Source: Thermodesulfobacterium commune DSM 2178
GTDB lineage: Bacteria > Desulfobacterota > Thermodesulfobacteria > Thermodesulfobacteriales > Thermodesulfobacteriaceae
Length of the DNA: 32,000 nt
Assembly: GCF_000734015.1 (NCBI RefSeq)
Contig: NZ_CP008796.1
Coordinates: forward strand, 210,001-242,000
Reading direction: 5' to 3'
Shown: piece after piece, positions 1 to 9,700 of the stretch
How the letters are laid out: each line of letters starts with the position of its first letter
Numbering within the stretch: the first letter of the stretch is position 1
Position numbers and translations under genes: made by a program
Notes under the pieces: model-generated
Told to the model about the DNA's origin: nothing
What the model saw: only the letters and a program-made list of their open reading frames with translations
The model's database searches: none

Positions 1-587
1 GGTGGCTCATCAATCTTTCCCATCGTTAAGATTATACCTAAAACTGCAGCCACCAAACCTAAACCTGGCATAGAGTCTGCAAGTTTTTCAAGACGGTGTA
101 CCGGTTCTAAATTCTCATGGTGGATGATTTCTATCTCATTTTCTAAAAGGGCTTCTAACTCAAAATGTGTGATGTTGGTGGTTAAAATAGAACGAAAAGT
201 GTTTCTAATAAAGTCTAAGGCGTGATGATTAGCAAGAACCTTAGGATAGCTTGAAAAGATTTTACTTGCCTCTGGGTTTTCAATGTCCTGCTCGATCGAG
301 ATTAAACCTTCTTTTTTTATCTTTCTAAAAATATCGTTTAAAAGAAGTAGTAGGTCTATAAAATCTTGTTTTCCATAAATTTGGGGTTTAGTAAGCGCTT
401 TGATAGAATATTGGATAGCCCCTTTTAAAGCAGGTTGGGTTGAAGCTGCTAATAAGGCTCCTCCTGCTGCCCCAAAGATGATTAACCATTCGACCGGTTG
501 TATAAGAACTGAAAAGTTACCATGTTCTAAGGCATAACCACCAAATACACATATTATAACTACAATAAAACCTACTATAGAAGGCAT
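1..587 (-). CDS. motA: Flagellar motor stator protein MotA (N-terminal part; the gene runs off the window's left edge)
   Basis: My reverse translation from ATG (585-587) gives MPSIVGFIVVIICVFGGYALEHGNFSVLIQPVEWLIIFGAAGG...DIENPEASKIFSSYPKVLANHHALDFI. This is colinear with E. coli MotA as I recall it (..VFGGY..YQPAELVIIAGAG..DIENPRESEIFASYPRILAD..LDFI). It is absent from the ORF track because it has no in-window stop. Confidence 0.85.
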   Translation of the reverse strand, partial: MPSIVGFIVVIICVFGGYALEHGNFSVLIQPVEWLIIFGAAGGALLAASTQPALKGAIQYSIKALTKPQIYGKQDFIDLLLLLNDIFRKIKKEGLISIEQDIENPEASKIFSSYPKVLANHHALDFIRNTFRSILTTNITHFELEALLENEIEIIHHENLEPVHRLEKLADSMPGLGLVAAVLGIILTMGKIDEP

Positions 588-1100
588 TTAGATTTCCCTC
601 ATCTCTCTGATGATTTCTCTTTCCTTTTGTAGAATAAAAAAACCTATCTTTTCTCTGATGTCTTTGGTTAGGTTGACAAACTCCACAGCGACTTCAAACT
701 TACCCTCTACAGGTTTACATCTGACTACCTTGCCATAAAGATAAAAACCTACAGGCTGATAAAGGTCTAATACTGTTTTTATTTCTACAAAATCGTTTAT
801 CTCAAAAGGTTCTTGGCTAATAAATCTTAGACCTTTTTCACTTAAGTTTACTTTTTTATAAGGGAGTTTGTTAAATCCTTCTTTTTCTCGAGACATAAGG
901 TTGATTAAATAATCAAGCTTTGCATTAATTAACTTTAACCAAGAATTTAACGCTTCATCTATGGTATCTTTAACAGGAATGTAGGAAAAAACAGAAGTAT
1001 CTCCTACCACATGAGCTATTCTGTTTTCTATCTCAGAGGGGTCTAACTTTGTCACTTCTAATGGAATTACTACATCTATTCTTACGGCTTCTCTGCCCAT
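588..1100 (-). CDS. PilZ-domain-like protein (possible c-di-GMP receptor or flagellar-brake type)
   Basis: 170-aa ORF. It has RxxxR at residues 3-7 (REAVR) and an N-x-S-x-x-G motif (NLSEKG) at residues 85-90, followed by a beta-rich C-terminal half. Its stop codon (588-590) directly abuts the motA ATG (587). The family call is by eye and the motif spacing is atypical. Confidence 0.5.
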   Translation of the reverse strand: MGREAVRIDVVIPLEVTKLDPSEIENRIAHVVGDTSVFSYIPVKDTIDEALNSWLKLINAKLDYLINLMSREKEGFNKLPYKKVNLSEKGLRFISQEPFEINDFVEIKTVLDLYQPVGFYLYGKVVRCKPVEGKFEVAVEFVNLTKDIREKIGFFILQKEREIIREMREI

Positions 1101-1127
1101 AAATCCTCTGAAAAGATTTTATAAAAT

Positions 1128-1154
1128 AAATCGGAAAGATTTCAAAAAACTTTA
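1128..1154 (-). promoter_or_regulatory. Candidate sigma-28 (FliA)-type promoter for the PilZ-motA unit
   Basis: The minus strand reads TAAA (1154-1151), a 15-nt spacer, then TCCGATTT (1135-1128), against the consensus TAAA-N15-GCCGATAA. The CCGAT core is intact. The site lies about 28 nt upstream of the PilZ ATG. Confidence 0.35.
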
Positions 1155-1216
1155 AAAATCCCCCTTTTGGGGACCAAATTTTTTTAATTTTGAAATTATA
1201 TAGTTAATTTTTAGGG

Positions 1217-1243
1217 TTGACAAGACGGAAAAATTAGTATAAT
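1217..1243 (+). promoter_or_regulatory. Sigma-70-type promoter for ppaC
   Basis: Perfect TTGACA (1217-1222) and perfect TATAAT (1238-1243), but with a short 15-nt spacer. An AGGAGGTG Shine-Dalgarno (SD) sequence follows at 1274-1281, then ATG at 1287. Confidence 0.5.
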
Positions 1244-1286
1244 AGTTTATTTAAAAATCAAAAATAAAATTTTAGGAGGTGACCTT

Positions 1287-2249
1287 ATGCATCATCAAAT
1301 TTATGTGGTAGGGCACAAAAAACCTGATACTGATTCTGTGGCTTCTGCTATAGTGTTTGCTTATCTTTTAAACGCTTGGAAAAAAGCAGGCTGTAAAATC
1401 ATGAAGGTAGAAAAGGAAGCCGTGCCTGTCATTCAGGGAGAACCTAATGCAGAAACAAAGTTTGTCTTAGAAAAATTTGGGATAGCAGTGCCTGAGATTA
1501 TGACGGATGGAGAAGGCAAGACTATTGCTCTAATAGATCACTCTGATAAGGTTCAAAGTGTTGATAACATAGACAAGGCAGAAATAGTAGCCGTGGTTGA
1601 TCATCACAAAATAGGAGATGTAACCACCCCTAATCCAATATTTTTTGTTAACTTCCCGGTAGGTTGTACTGCTACTGTTTTGAAATTTCTTTTTGATAAA
1701 ACCGGTGTTGAAATTCCTAAAGAAATGGCTGGTCTTATGCTTGCAGCCATTTTAAGTGATACTGTTGTTTTTAAGTCTGCTACCACCACCGAGGCTGACA
1801 AAGAAGCAGCTGAAGCTTTAGCCAAGATCGCTGGGATAGAAGATATCGTAAGCTTCGGTGTAGAAGTAAAGTCCAAACTTTCTGATGTCTCTGGAATGTC
1901 TGCCAAAGACATCATCATGAGAGACTTCAAAGACTACAACATGAGTGGTAAAAAAGTGGGAGTAGGACAGATCGAGTTGATTGATTTAAAGACTATAGAA
2001 CATAGGTTTGATGAAATCTATGATGAGCTTAACAAGATTAAGGTCGAAGGGGCTTATCATTCTGTGGTGTTGATGTTAACAGACATCATGAAGGAAGGTA
2101 CTGAGTTGATGGTTATCACAGACGAACCAAAGATCATTGAGATTACTTTTGGGAAGAAATTAGAAGGAAAAAGCGTGTGGTTACCAGGTGTTATGAGTAG
2201 AAAGAAAGAAGTGGTACCACCTTTAGAAAAAACTTTTGCTAACCTCTAA
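1287..2249 (+). CDS. ppaC: Family II (Mn-dependent, DHH/DHHA2) inorganic pyrophosphatase
   Basis: N-terminal GHKKPDTDSVASA motif, IDHSD, and the VVDHHK DHH motif. The ~320-aa length and a strong SD also fit. Confidence 0.85.
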   Translation: MHHQIYVVGHKKPDTDSVASAIVFAYLLNAWKKAGCKIMKVEKEAVPVIQGEPNAETKFVLEKFGIAVPEIMTDGEGKTIALIDHSDKVQSVDNIDKAEIVAVVDHHKIGDVTTPNPIFFVNFPVGCTATVLKFLFDKTGVEIPKEMAGLMLAAILSDTVVFKSATTTEADKEAAEALAKIAGIEDIVSFGVEVKSKLSDVSGMSAKDIIMRDFKDYNMSGKKVGVGQIELIDLKTIEHRFDEIYDELNKIKVEGAYHSVVLMLTDIMKEGTELMVITDEPKIIEITFGKKLEGKSVWLPGVMSRKKEVVPPLEKTFANL

Positions 2250-2261
2250 GATAAGACCGAG

Positions 2262-2294
2262 GGGAGGGGGTCTTCCCTCCCTTATTCTATTTTT
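2262..2294 (+). terminator. Intrinsic terminator between convergent ppaC and nadC
   Basis: GGGAGGG (2262-2268) pairs with CCCTCCC (2275-2281) across the loop GGTCTT, followed by the T-rich TTATTCTATTTTT. AAGACC (2253-2258) could alternatively pair with the loop GGTCTT. Confidence 0.6.
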
Positions 2295-3127
2295 AAGCTA
2301 ATGTCTACCGCTCTAACCGAATGGGTTAAACTCCCAGATGAGAGATAATCAACCTCAAGTTTGGCAAAATACTCAATGTTATCTAAATTAATTCCTCCCG
2401 AGACCTCTATTTTAAGGTTAGGGTTGTATTGCTTGATAAGATCTTTTGCTTTCTGGACATTTTCTGGGGTAAAGTTATCTAAAAGAACTACATCTATAGG
2501 TGCTTTGGCTTTCAGTAAAAACTCTAACTCTTCTAAAGATTTTACCTCTATTTCTACTTTTAGGTAATGAGGTAAAGTTTTAAGTACTTGAGGTATTTTT
2601 TCTATTCCTCCTAAAACTTTGATATGATTATCCTTTATGAGGATACCATCAGAAAGAGAAAAACGATGATTTTCTCCCCCTCCTACCTTAACCGCATATT
2701 TTTGTAGAACCTTTAAGCCAGGAAGGGTTTTTCTCGTATCAAGCAGAATTGTTTTATATGGGCTAAGTTTTTTTACCATCTTTCGGGTATAAGTGGCAAT
2801 CCCAGAAAGATGTTGAAAAAGGTTGAGAACTACCCTTTCTGCTTTTAGTATACTTTTTACCCTTCCTTCTACTACTCCTATTTTAGTATAAGGTTCTACT
2901 TCTTGACCATCTTGGTAGTGCCAAAAGGTTTTTATTTCTGGGTCGATAAATGCAAACCCTTCTTCTACCACCAACGTACCACATACTACCATAGGTTCTT
3001 TGGCTAAAAAATAAGCTTTTACTATAGGGTTTTCTTTTATAACCAATTCTGTGGTTAAATCATAAAAAGGAATATCCTCTTCAAAAGCTTTAGCTAAAAG
3101 ATTTTTAATTTTCCATTTCTCAAGCAT
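2282..3127 (-). CDS. nadC: Nicotinate-nucleotide pyrophosphorylase (quinolinate phosphoribosyltransferase)
   Basis: 281 aa. The N-terminus (EEDIPFYDLTT) and the segments RVVLNLFQHLSGIAT, LDTRKT.PGLK, KYAV..GGG.NHR and LSDGILIKDNH are typical of NadC. Confidence 0.9.
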   Translation of the reverse strand: MLEKWKIKNLLAKAFEEDIPFYDLTTELVIKENPIVKAYFLAKEPMVVCGTLVVEEGFAFIDPEIKTFWHYQDGQEVEPYTKIGVVEGRVKSILKAERVVLNLFQHLSGIATYTRKMVKKLSPYKTILLDTRKTLPGLKVLQKYAVKVGGGENHRFSLSDGILIKDNHIKVLGGIEKIPQVLKTLPHYLKVEIEVKSLEELEFLLKAKAPIDVVLLDNFTPENVQKAKDLIKQYNPNLKIEVSGGINLDNIEYFAKLEVDYLSSGSLTHSVRAVDISLKIE

Positions 3128-3229
3128 TTTTTGCTTAATCCTCTGGAAAAATTAAATAAAAGTCTTAATTTTTATCATAACTTAAAATGGTAAGATGTAA
3201 AGTGTGCTAATTTTTGGAGGTGATCTTAT

Positions 3230-3832
3230 ATGGAAGAGATTAAAGAAAAGGAACAAAGTCTAGAAGAAAGAGAACAAAATTTAAAAGAAAATCTTGAAAC
3301 ACAAGAAGAGACTAAAACTAAAGAGGAAGAAGAAATTAAATACTGGAAGGATTTAGCTTTAAGATATGCAGCTGAAATAGAAAATCTTAAAAAAAGTCTT
3401 AAAAGAGAAAAAGAAGAATATTATAAATTTGCCTTAGAAAACTTTTTTAAAGAGATCTTACCTGCTATAGATAATTTAGAAAGAGCCTTAGAGGCTTTTT
3501 CTACCACGCAAAATATAGAGGCTTTAAAACAAGGGGTTGAGTTAACTTTTAAATATTTAGTTTCTACCCTTGAAAAATTTGGGCTAAAGCAAGTAGTCCC
3601 AGCTGTAGGAGAACCTTTTCATCCTCTTTATCATGAAGCTCTTTCTACAGAGGTTCATCCGGAAGTTCCTTCTGGAGCTATCACCAAAGTATATCAAAAA
3701 GGTTATACCTTACATGATAGGTTAATAAGACCAGCTTTAGTTTGTGTGTGTATGGGGAAAAAGGAAGAACAAAAAACTACTGAAGAAAGACCAGAAGAAA
3801 CAGAAGAAGAAAATATAGTGGAAAACGAATAA
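3230..3832 (+). CDS. grpE: Nucleotide exchange factor GrpE
   Basis: Acidic, coiled N-terminus. RYAAEIENLKK and LPAIDNLERAL are present, and the C-terminal beta domain reads GYTLHDRLIRPALV. The gene sits directly upstream of dnaK. Confidence 0.9.
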   Translation: MEEIKEKEQSLEEREQNLKENLETQEETKTKEEEEIKYWKDLALRYAAEIENLKKSLKREKEEYYKFALENFFKEILPAIDNLERALEAFSTTQNIEALKQGVELTFKYLVSTLEKFGLKQVVPAVGEPFHPLYHEALSTEVHPEVPSGAITKVYQKGYTLHDRLIRPALVCVCMGKKEEQKTTEERPEETEEENIVENE

Positions 3833-3855
3833 AAAATTAAAAGGAGGGTTGAAAA

Positions 3856-5745
3856 ATGAGCAAGGTACCTATAGTAGGTATTGACCTTGGAACTACTAAC
3901 TCTTGTGTTGCCATATTTGAGGGTGGTGAACCCAAGGTAATCCCTAACAGAGAAGGGACAAGGACTACACCTTCGGTGGTAGCTTTCCAAGAAAACGGAG
4001 AAATATTGGTGGGTCTTCCTGCTAAAAGGCAGGCCATCATCAATGCAGAAAACACCATTTTTGGAATTAAGAGATTGATGGGTAGAAAGTTTAACGATCC
4101 GGTGGTACAGGAATGGAAAAAAAGAGTTCCTTATAAGATAGTAGAAGCTCCTAACGGAGATGCACATGTAGAAATAAGAGGAAAACGGTATAGTCCTCCT
4201 GAGATTTCAGCCATGATTCTTAGGAAGATTAAGCAGGATTTAGAAGAGTATTTAGGCCAGGAAGTAAAAGATGTGGTAATTACTGTTCCTGCTTATTTTG
4301 ATGACAGTCAAAGACAGGCAACCAAAGATGCAGGTAGAATTGCAGGTTTAAACGTTATCAGAATTATCAATGAGCCTACAGCTGCTTGCTTAGCCTATGG
4401 ACTTGAAAAGAAAAAAGAAGGTTTGATTGCTGTTTTTGACCTTGGAGGAGGAACGTTTGATATCTCTATCTTAGAAATAGGAGATGGTGTATTTGAAGTT
4501 AAGTCAACCTCTGGAGATACCTTTTTAGGTGGTGAAGATTTTGATATGCGAATAGTAGACTACATCGCAGAAGAGTTTAAGAAAGAGCATGGGATAGACC
4601 TAAGACAGGATAAAATGGCTTTACAAAGGTTAAAAGAAGCTGCTGAAAAGGCTAAAATTGAGCTTTCAAGCACCTTAGAGACTGAGATAAACCTTCCTTT
4701 TATTACCGCTGATGCCTCAGGACCTAAACATTTGGTAATGAAGTTAACCAGGGCAAAGCTTGAAAGTTTAGTAGAGGATTTGATAGAAAGATTAGAAGAA
4801 CCCTGTCGTATTGCCATGAAAGATGCAGGAATTACTCCTAAGGATATAAGTGAGGTTATTTTAGTTGGTGGTATGACCCGTATGCCAAGGGTTCAACAAA
4901 AGGTAAAAGAAATCTTTGGAAAAGAGCCTGTGAAAGGTGTTAACCCAGATGAAGTGGTGGCTATGGGTGCTGCCATTCAGGCTGGAGTATTAAAAGGAGA
5001 GGTAAAGGATGTGCTTCTTTTAGACGTAACTCCTCTTTCTTTGGGAATTGAAACCTTGGGAGGTGTTTTTACAGTTATCATACCGAGAGGTACCACCATT
5101 CCTACTAGAAAGAGTCAGATTTTTACCACAGCTACCGATAATCAGACAGCAGTTACCATTCATGTTTTGCAAGGAGAAAGGCCTTTGGCTAAAGACAACA
5201 AGAGTATCGCAAAATTTGACCTGGTAGGTATACCTCCTGCTCCAAGAGGAGTACCCCAGATAGAGGTTACTTTTGACATAGACGCAGATGGTATCTTACA
5301 TGTTACTGCTAAAGACTTAGGCACCGGGAAAGAACAGTCTATCGTGGTAAGACCTACTTCAGGGTTAAGTGAAGAGGAAATCCAGAGAATTATTAAAGAG
5401 GCAGAACAGTTTGCAGAAGAAGACAGAAGAAAAAAAGAGCTTGCCGAAGCTCGCAACCAGGCAGACAGTCTTATCTATTCTGTAGAAAAAACCTTAAGAG
5501 AATTAGGAGACAAGGTCTCAGAACCTCTTAAAAAAGAAGTAGAAGAAAAGATAGCTCAACTAAAGAAGGCTATGGAAGGGGAGGACATAAACGAAATAAG
5601 AAGGGCAAGCGATGAATTAACCCAGGCTTCTTATAAACTTGCAGAGATGCTTTACAGAGAAAAAACTTCTTATACATCTCAAGAAGGTTCTCAGAAAAAA
5701 GGTGGAGATGATGTGATAGACGCTGATTTCGAAGAAATGAAATAA
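3856..5745 (+). CDS. dnaK: Molecular chaperone DnaK (Hsp70)
   Basis: [17 protein letters not shown] and [11 protein letters not shown] signatures are all present. Length is 629 aa, with an AAGGAGGG SD. Confidence 0.98.
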   Translation: MSKVPIVGIDLGTTNSCVAIFEGGEPKVIPNREGTRTTPSVVAFQENGEILVGLPAKRQAIINAENTIFGIKRLMGRKFNDPVVQEWKKRVPYKIVEAPNGDAHVEIRGKRYSPPEISAMILRKIKQDLEEYLGQEVKDVVITVPAYFDDSQRQATKDAGRIAGLNVIRIINEPTAACLAYGLEKKKEGLIAVFDLGGGTFDISILEIGDGVFEVKSTSGDTFLGGEDFDMRIVDYIAEEFKKEHGIDLRQDKMALQRLKEAAEKAKIELSSTLETEINLPFITADASGPKHLVMKLTRAKLESLVEDLIERLEEPCRIAMKDAGITPKDISEVILVGGMTRMPRVQQKVKEIFGKEPVKGVNPDEVVAMGAAIQAGVLKGEVKDVLLLDVTPLSLGIETLGGVFTVIIPRGTTIPTRKSQIFTTATDNQTAVTIHVLQGERPLAKDNKSIAKFDLVGIPPAPRGVPQIEVTFDIDADGILHVTAKDLGTGKEQSIVVRPTSGLSEEEIQRIIKEAEQFAEEDRRKKELAEARNQADSLIYSVEKTLRELGDKVSEPLKKEVEEKIAQLKKAMEGEDINEIRRASDELTQASYKLAEMLYREKTSYTSQEGSQKKGGDDVIDADFEEMK

Positions 5746-5749
5746 ACTT

Positions 5750-5793
5750 GGGAAAAGGGGGCTTTTTAGCCTCCTTTCCCAAGGAGGTCTTTT
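5750..5793 (+). terminator. Post-dnaK stem-loop(s) with a T-run that overlaps the pdxA ribosome-binding site
   Basis: A long stem pairs 5750-5762 with 5769-5780 (12 bp, one G-U pair and one bulge). An alternative 7-bp stem pairs CCTCCTT (5770-5776) with AAGGAGG (5781-5787), followed by TCTTTTTT. Confidence 0.5.
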
Positions 5794-6741
5794 TTGATAG
5801 AAAATAAAATAGGTATTACCTTAGGGTGTCCTGCAGGGATAGGTCCAGAAGTAATCCTTAAATCACTTCAACATTTTCAAGAGAAATTTCCTGAGGTTTT
5901 ATCCTCTCTTTTGATTATAGGAGACGCTCGGGTTATAGAACAAAGGGCTAAATGGTTAGGGATTAAAATCCCTCCTGAGTTAGAAATTCTATCTCTTACC
6001 GAAATAGATGTAAAGCCTGGGGAACCCTCGGTTGATGGATTTAAGGCAATGGGACTTTTTGTACAAAAAGCCATAGACCTTGCTAAAGAAGGTAAGATAA
6101 AGGCGATTGTTACCGGACCTATAAGTAAAGAGGGTTTAGAAAAGGTTGGGATTAAATATAAGGGACATACAGAGTGGCTGGCTCAAGAGCTTGGGGCTAA
6201 AGATTTTGTGATGAGTTTTTATGGAGAAAGATTAAAAGTATCGCTGGTTACTACACATATTCCTCTAAAAGAGGTCCCAGAAAAGATAACCGCAGACAAA
6301 GTTTTTGCTACAGCTAAGCTTTCCTTTGAATTTTTACTAAAACTTAAAGTATTAAATCCAAAAATCGCCCTCTGTGGGGTTAATCCCCATGCCGGAGAAG
6401 GAGGCCTTATAGGTGAAGAGGAAAAAACGGTTTTAAAAGAGGCCATAACCCTTTGTCAAAAAGCTGGTCTTCCCGTATATGGCCCTTATCCTGCAGATAG
6501 TCTTTTTTTCTGGGCTTATCAAGGACGTTATGATTTGGTAGTTGCCATGTATCACGATCAGGGGCTTGCTCCTTTTAAACTTATACATTTTGAAGACGGG
6601 GTAAACATAACCTTAGGACTTCCAGTAATAAGGACTTCTCCTTGTCATGGTACAGCTTATGATATAGCAAACAAAGGTGTTGCTAACCCATCAAGTTTTA
6701 TCCAGGCAATACATTTAGCTTATAAACTTATCCAAGTCTAA
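5794..6741 (+). CDS. pdxA: 4-hydroxythreonine-4-phosphate dehydrogenase
   Basis: TTG start, 6 nt after AAGGAGG. ITLGCPAGIGPEV, TGPISKEGL, GHTEWLA and NPHAGEGG are typical of PdxA. Confidence 0.88.
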   Translation: MIENKIGITLGCPAGIGPEVILKSLQHFQEKFPEVLSSLLIIGDARVIEQRAKWLGIKIPPELEILSLTEIDVKPGEPSVDGFKAMGLFVQKAIDLAKEGKIKAIVTGPISKEGLEKVGIKYKGHTEWLAQELGAKDFVMSFYGERLKVSLVTTHIPLKEVPEKITADKVFATAKLSFEFLLKLKVLNPKIALCGVNPHAGEGGLIGEEEKTVLKEAITLCQKAGLPVYGPYPADSLFFWAYQGRYDLVVAMYHDQGLAPFKLIHFEDGVNITLGLPVIRTSPCHGTAYDIANKGVANPSSFIQAIHLAYKLIQV

Positions 6742-6786
6742 ACTTTTCTTGATTTTTTAACCTTTTAGGGTTAAAATCCATAAACA

Positions 6787-9700
6787 ATGGTGAAAAAAAT
6801 TCGTTTTACTCTTCTTTTGCTTGTTTTTGTCTTTTCTTTGTTATTTTTATGTGTAGTGAACATAGATTTTTTTCTTAATCGTCCCTGGATTAAAGGACCT
6901 CTGATCAACTTTTTAAAAAACACCCAGAAGATAGATATAAACTATAAAGAAATAAAGATAGATGTTTTTGAAGGAAAGGTAAGGATCAAAGATTTTACGT
7001 TTAAAAATAGATATTATGAAGTGGAGACTCCTGAAGCTACTGCTTTTTTATCTTTATCAAAAATTTTTAGGTTTAAGCTTTTTCCCGAAAGTCTTCAGGT
7101 AAAAAAACTTAAATTAAAGTCTTATTGGTCACCAGAACCTTTCAACTTGTATCAGTTAAAAGACCAATTAAAAAACATGGCTCCTTTTAACATGAAAGTT
7201 GAAGAGGCAACCATAGAGTATGAAACCTCTATAGGATGGTTGATTTTTGATCACACAGACCTTTTTTTGAAAATTGATCGACATCAAACCTTATGGGAGT
7301 TAAAATCTCTTAAAAGTCCTCAGTTTAAAGAAGCTGAGATAAAAGGAAGGTTAAATCTTGCAAACCTTTTCTTAGAAACTTCAATTGAGGCTAAGAATTT
7401 TGATTTTACCAATTTTATTAAGGGTGGAGAACCGTTTATAGGGCGTCTTACTTCTGATTTGATGGCTGAGCTGAGTTTAGAAAAAGAAAAACTTAATCTT
7501 TCTTTTCAACTGTTAAACCCTCAACTGGTTTTTAAACAATTCTCTCGAGAAAGGTTTTTAGGGGGTGTGATTACCGGGGTTCTTAGCTCTAAAAAAGATG
7601 GCCTTAGGTTAACCCTTAAAAAAGTATTTTTAAGAAATCCCTTTTTAGACGCTCAGGGAGAGTTTGTAAAGAAAAAAGAGGGTTTAGAAGCAAGCCTTAA
7701 GGTTAAGAAACTTGATTTGGCTGAGATAAAAAAAATAGGACTCCTTCTTTTTGAAAAACAAAAAGAGGTAAAAGAGGTTTTTGATTATATCGGTAATGGA
7801 AGTTTGGAAGATATAGAGGTTGTTTCTTCAGGAAAAGATTTGCAAGAGCTTATCGACTATAAAAGGATAAAAGCGAAAGGTAAGTTGAAAGAAGGTCAGA
7901 TCATTCTGGGTTTTCTTCCTTTAGACTTAGAACAAGTCACAGGGGAGGTGGGTTTTTCAGAAGGAAGGCTTATCTTTAACGGGACGTTGGCAGTAGAAGG
8001 TTCTGTCTTGGGAACGGTAAAAAGTTTCAGTTTAGACCTTTCAAAAAGACAGCCTGAGCTCTGGTTAGAAGGAACCATCTCAGGTAGGGCAGAAAAAATC
8101 CAAGATCTTGTAGCAAACTTTGACATGTTTAAGTCTTACCAAGAAAAAATAAAAGAATTTAAAACAGAGGGTTCCCTTGTTTCTAAGATAGAACTAAGAG
8201 GTCCTTTAGATGCTTTTCAACTTTCCTTTGACATAGATTCAGAAGATGCATCATTAATCGTGCCTTTTTATACCAAATTCTTACGTTTAAAAACAGCTAA
8301 AATTTTTTACTACAAAGACAAACTAAATCTTTCTAATCTGAATGTATTTAATAAAGAATTAGCGATAAAAGATGGAGGTTTGGAGTTAAATTTATCCTCT
8401 TTAGACTTTAGGGTTAAAGTTTGGGGAGTGACCATAAAACCTGAGTTTTTAGAGTTTCTAAAGGATAAGGTAAGAGAGGTAGCTGTGTTTTTTAAGGAAA
8501 AGGGCCTTAAATTTGAAAATTTAGAGATAGAAGAAGGGGAATTTCGAGGGAATTTAAAACAGTTAGCCCAAGAGCAAGTAAACCTAAAACAGGCTATTTT
8601 AGGCAATCTCTTTTTAAAGGGAAAAGCAGTAAATCTTAGGATAGGTGAAGAGGTAAAAGGAGAAAGATTTTCTGGTTATTCAGAAAGTTTACCTTTAGTT
8701 TGGCGCGATGGGTGTCTTTCTTTTGGAGAGGCCGCTTTTGAAATAGAAGACTCTAATTTTGTAGGTAAGGGTAGGGTTTTTGACCAAGAAATTTTTTTAG
8801 AACTAAAAGGAGAGGTGAAAGAAAGACTAAAGGATAAGATTGAGAAGGTCTTAGGGCTTAAAGAGGCTTCTTTTCTATTAAAATCTCCGATAAACATAGA
8901 AAACCTATCTTTGGTTTATAGAGACGGACAGGTTCAATCCCGAGGAACCTTTAAGATCTCAGATAAAGAAATTTCTGTAACTTTGGACCAAACTAAAGAC
9001 CAAACCTCAATTTTGGGGAGTTTTAACGGAAAAGAAAGTCAGCAGAAGTTTGGATTAAGGTTAAACCAAAATCAAATAGATTTAACCCTGCAAGGTAAAA
9101 CTCGTTTGGAAGAGTTAGGAACAATCTTTGATAAGGTACCTTACCCATTAGAAGGTTTAGTAGAAAACAATTTGCACTTAAAGTTTAAAAAAGAAAAAAA
9201 TATCTTAGTGTCTTTGGCAAACGACTACTTAAACAGAAACCTTTTTCTTGAAGAAGGTTGGCTTACACTTCAAGGAGTTAAGTTTAAAGATGGAATAGCG
9301 ATTGAGGGTGAAGGAAAGATTGCTAAGAACCATACGATTCATGGAAAGTTTAAGTTTGAATGGAACAATTCTACCTTATTAGCTGACTTAAAGGTGGATA
9401 CCAACCAAAAATATGTTTTGGTTACAGGGGATTTAAGGTCTGAAAAAATAGATTTAAAAAAGTTTTTAGGTTTAAGCTCAACCCAAGAAACCTCTGATAA
9501 AACGGTTAAAAAAGAAATCTGGGACTATTTCCAAGGGATTCCTCTAATAGCAGAGTTAAAGGTGAACGCAAACGACCTTATTCTTCCTACCTCCCATAAG
9601 GTAGAAAACTTTAGTTTAGACTTAAGTTTAAACACTAAAGCGAAACTTTTATGGGCCAACCTGACCAAGGCTAATTTTTGCGGATTAGGATTAGATTTTA

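Noticed and set aside
1604-1930. 108-aa minus-strand ORF inside ppaC. Similar shadow ORFs occur at 2361-2567, 4560-4817, 5160-5456, 5877-6074, 6219-6446, 7896-8897, 10471-10680, 13274-13525, 13820-14038, 15365-15605, 15924-16115, 19181-19669, 21934-22200, 25083-25410, 28461-28955, 29652-29918 and 31384-31614.
   Set aside because: All lie wholly antisense or out of frame within confidently identified genes. They have Ser/Leu/Phe/Lys-skewed, low-complexity compositions typical of shadow frames in AT-rich, K/E-rich coding DNA. They lack SD sequences and recognisable motifs.
3199-3210. CIRCE-like half-site (AAGTGTGCTAA) upstream of grpE.
   Set aside because: No complementary TTAGCAC arm lies 9 nt upstream, so it is not an inverted repeat. 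A single half-site is insufficient to call an HrcA operator.
3703-4167. 154-aa minus-strand ORF spanning the grpE-dnaK junction, plus the nested 73-aa ORF at 3837-4058.
   Set aside because: These are antisense to the grpE 3' end and dnaK 5' end. They have no SD, and their composition is that of a shadow frame. The region is fully explained by grpE and dnaK.
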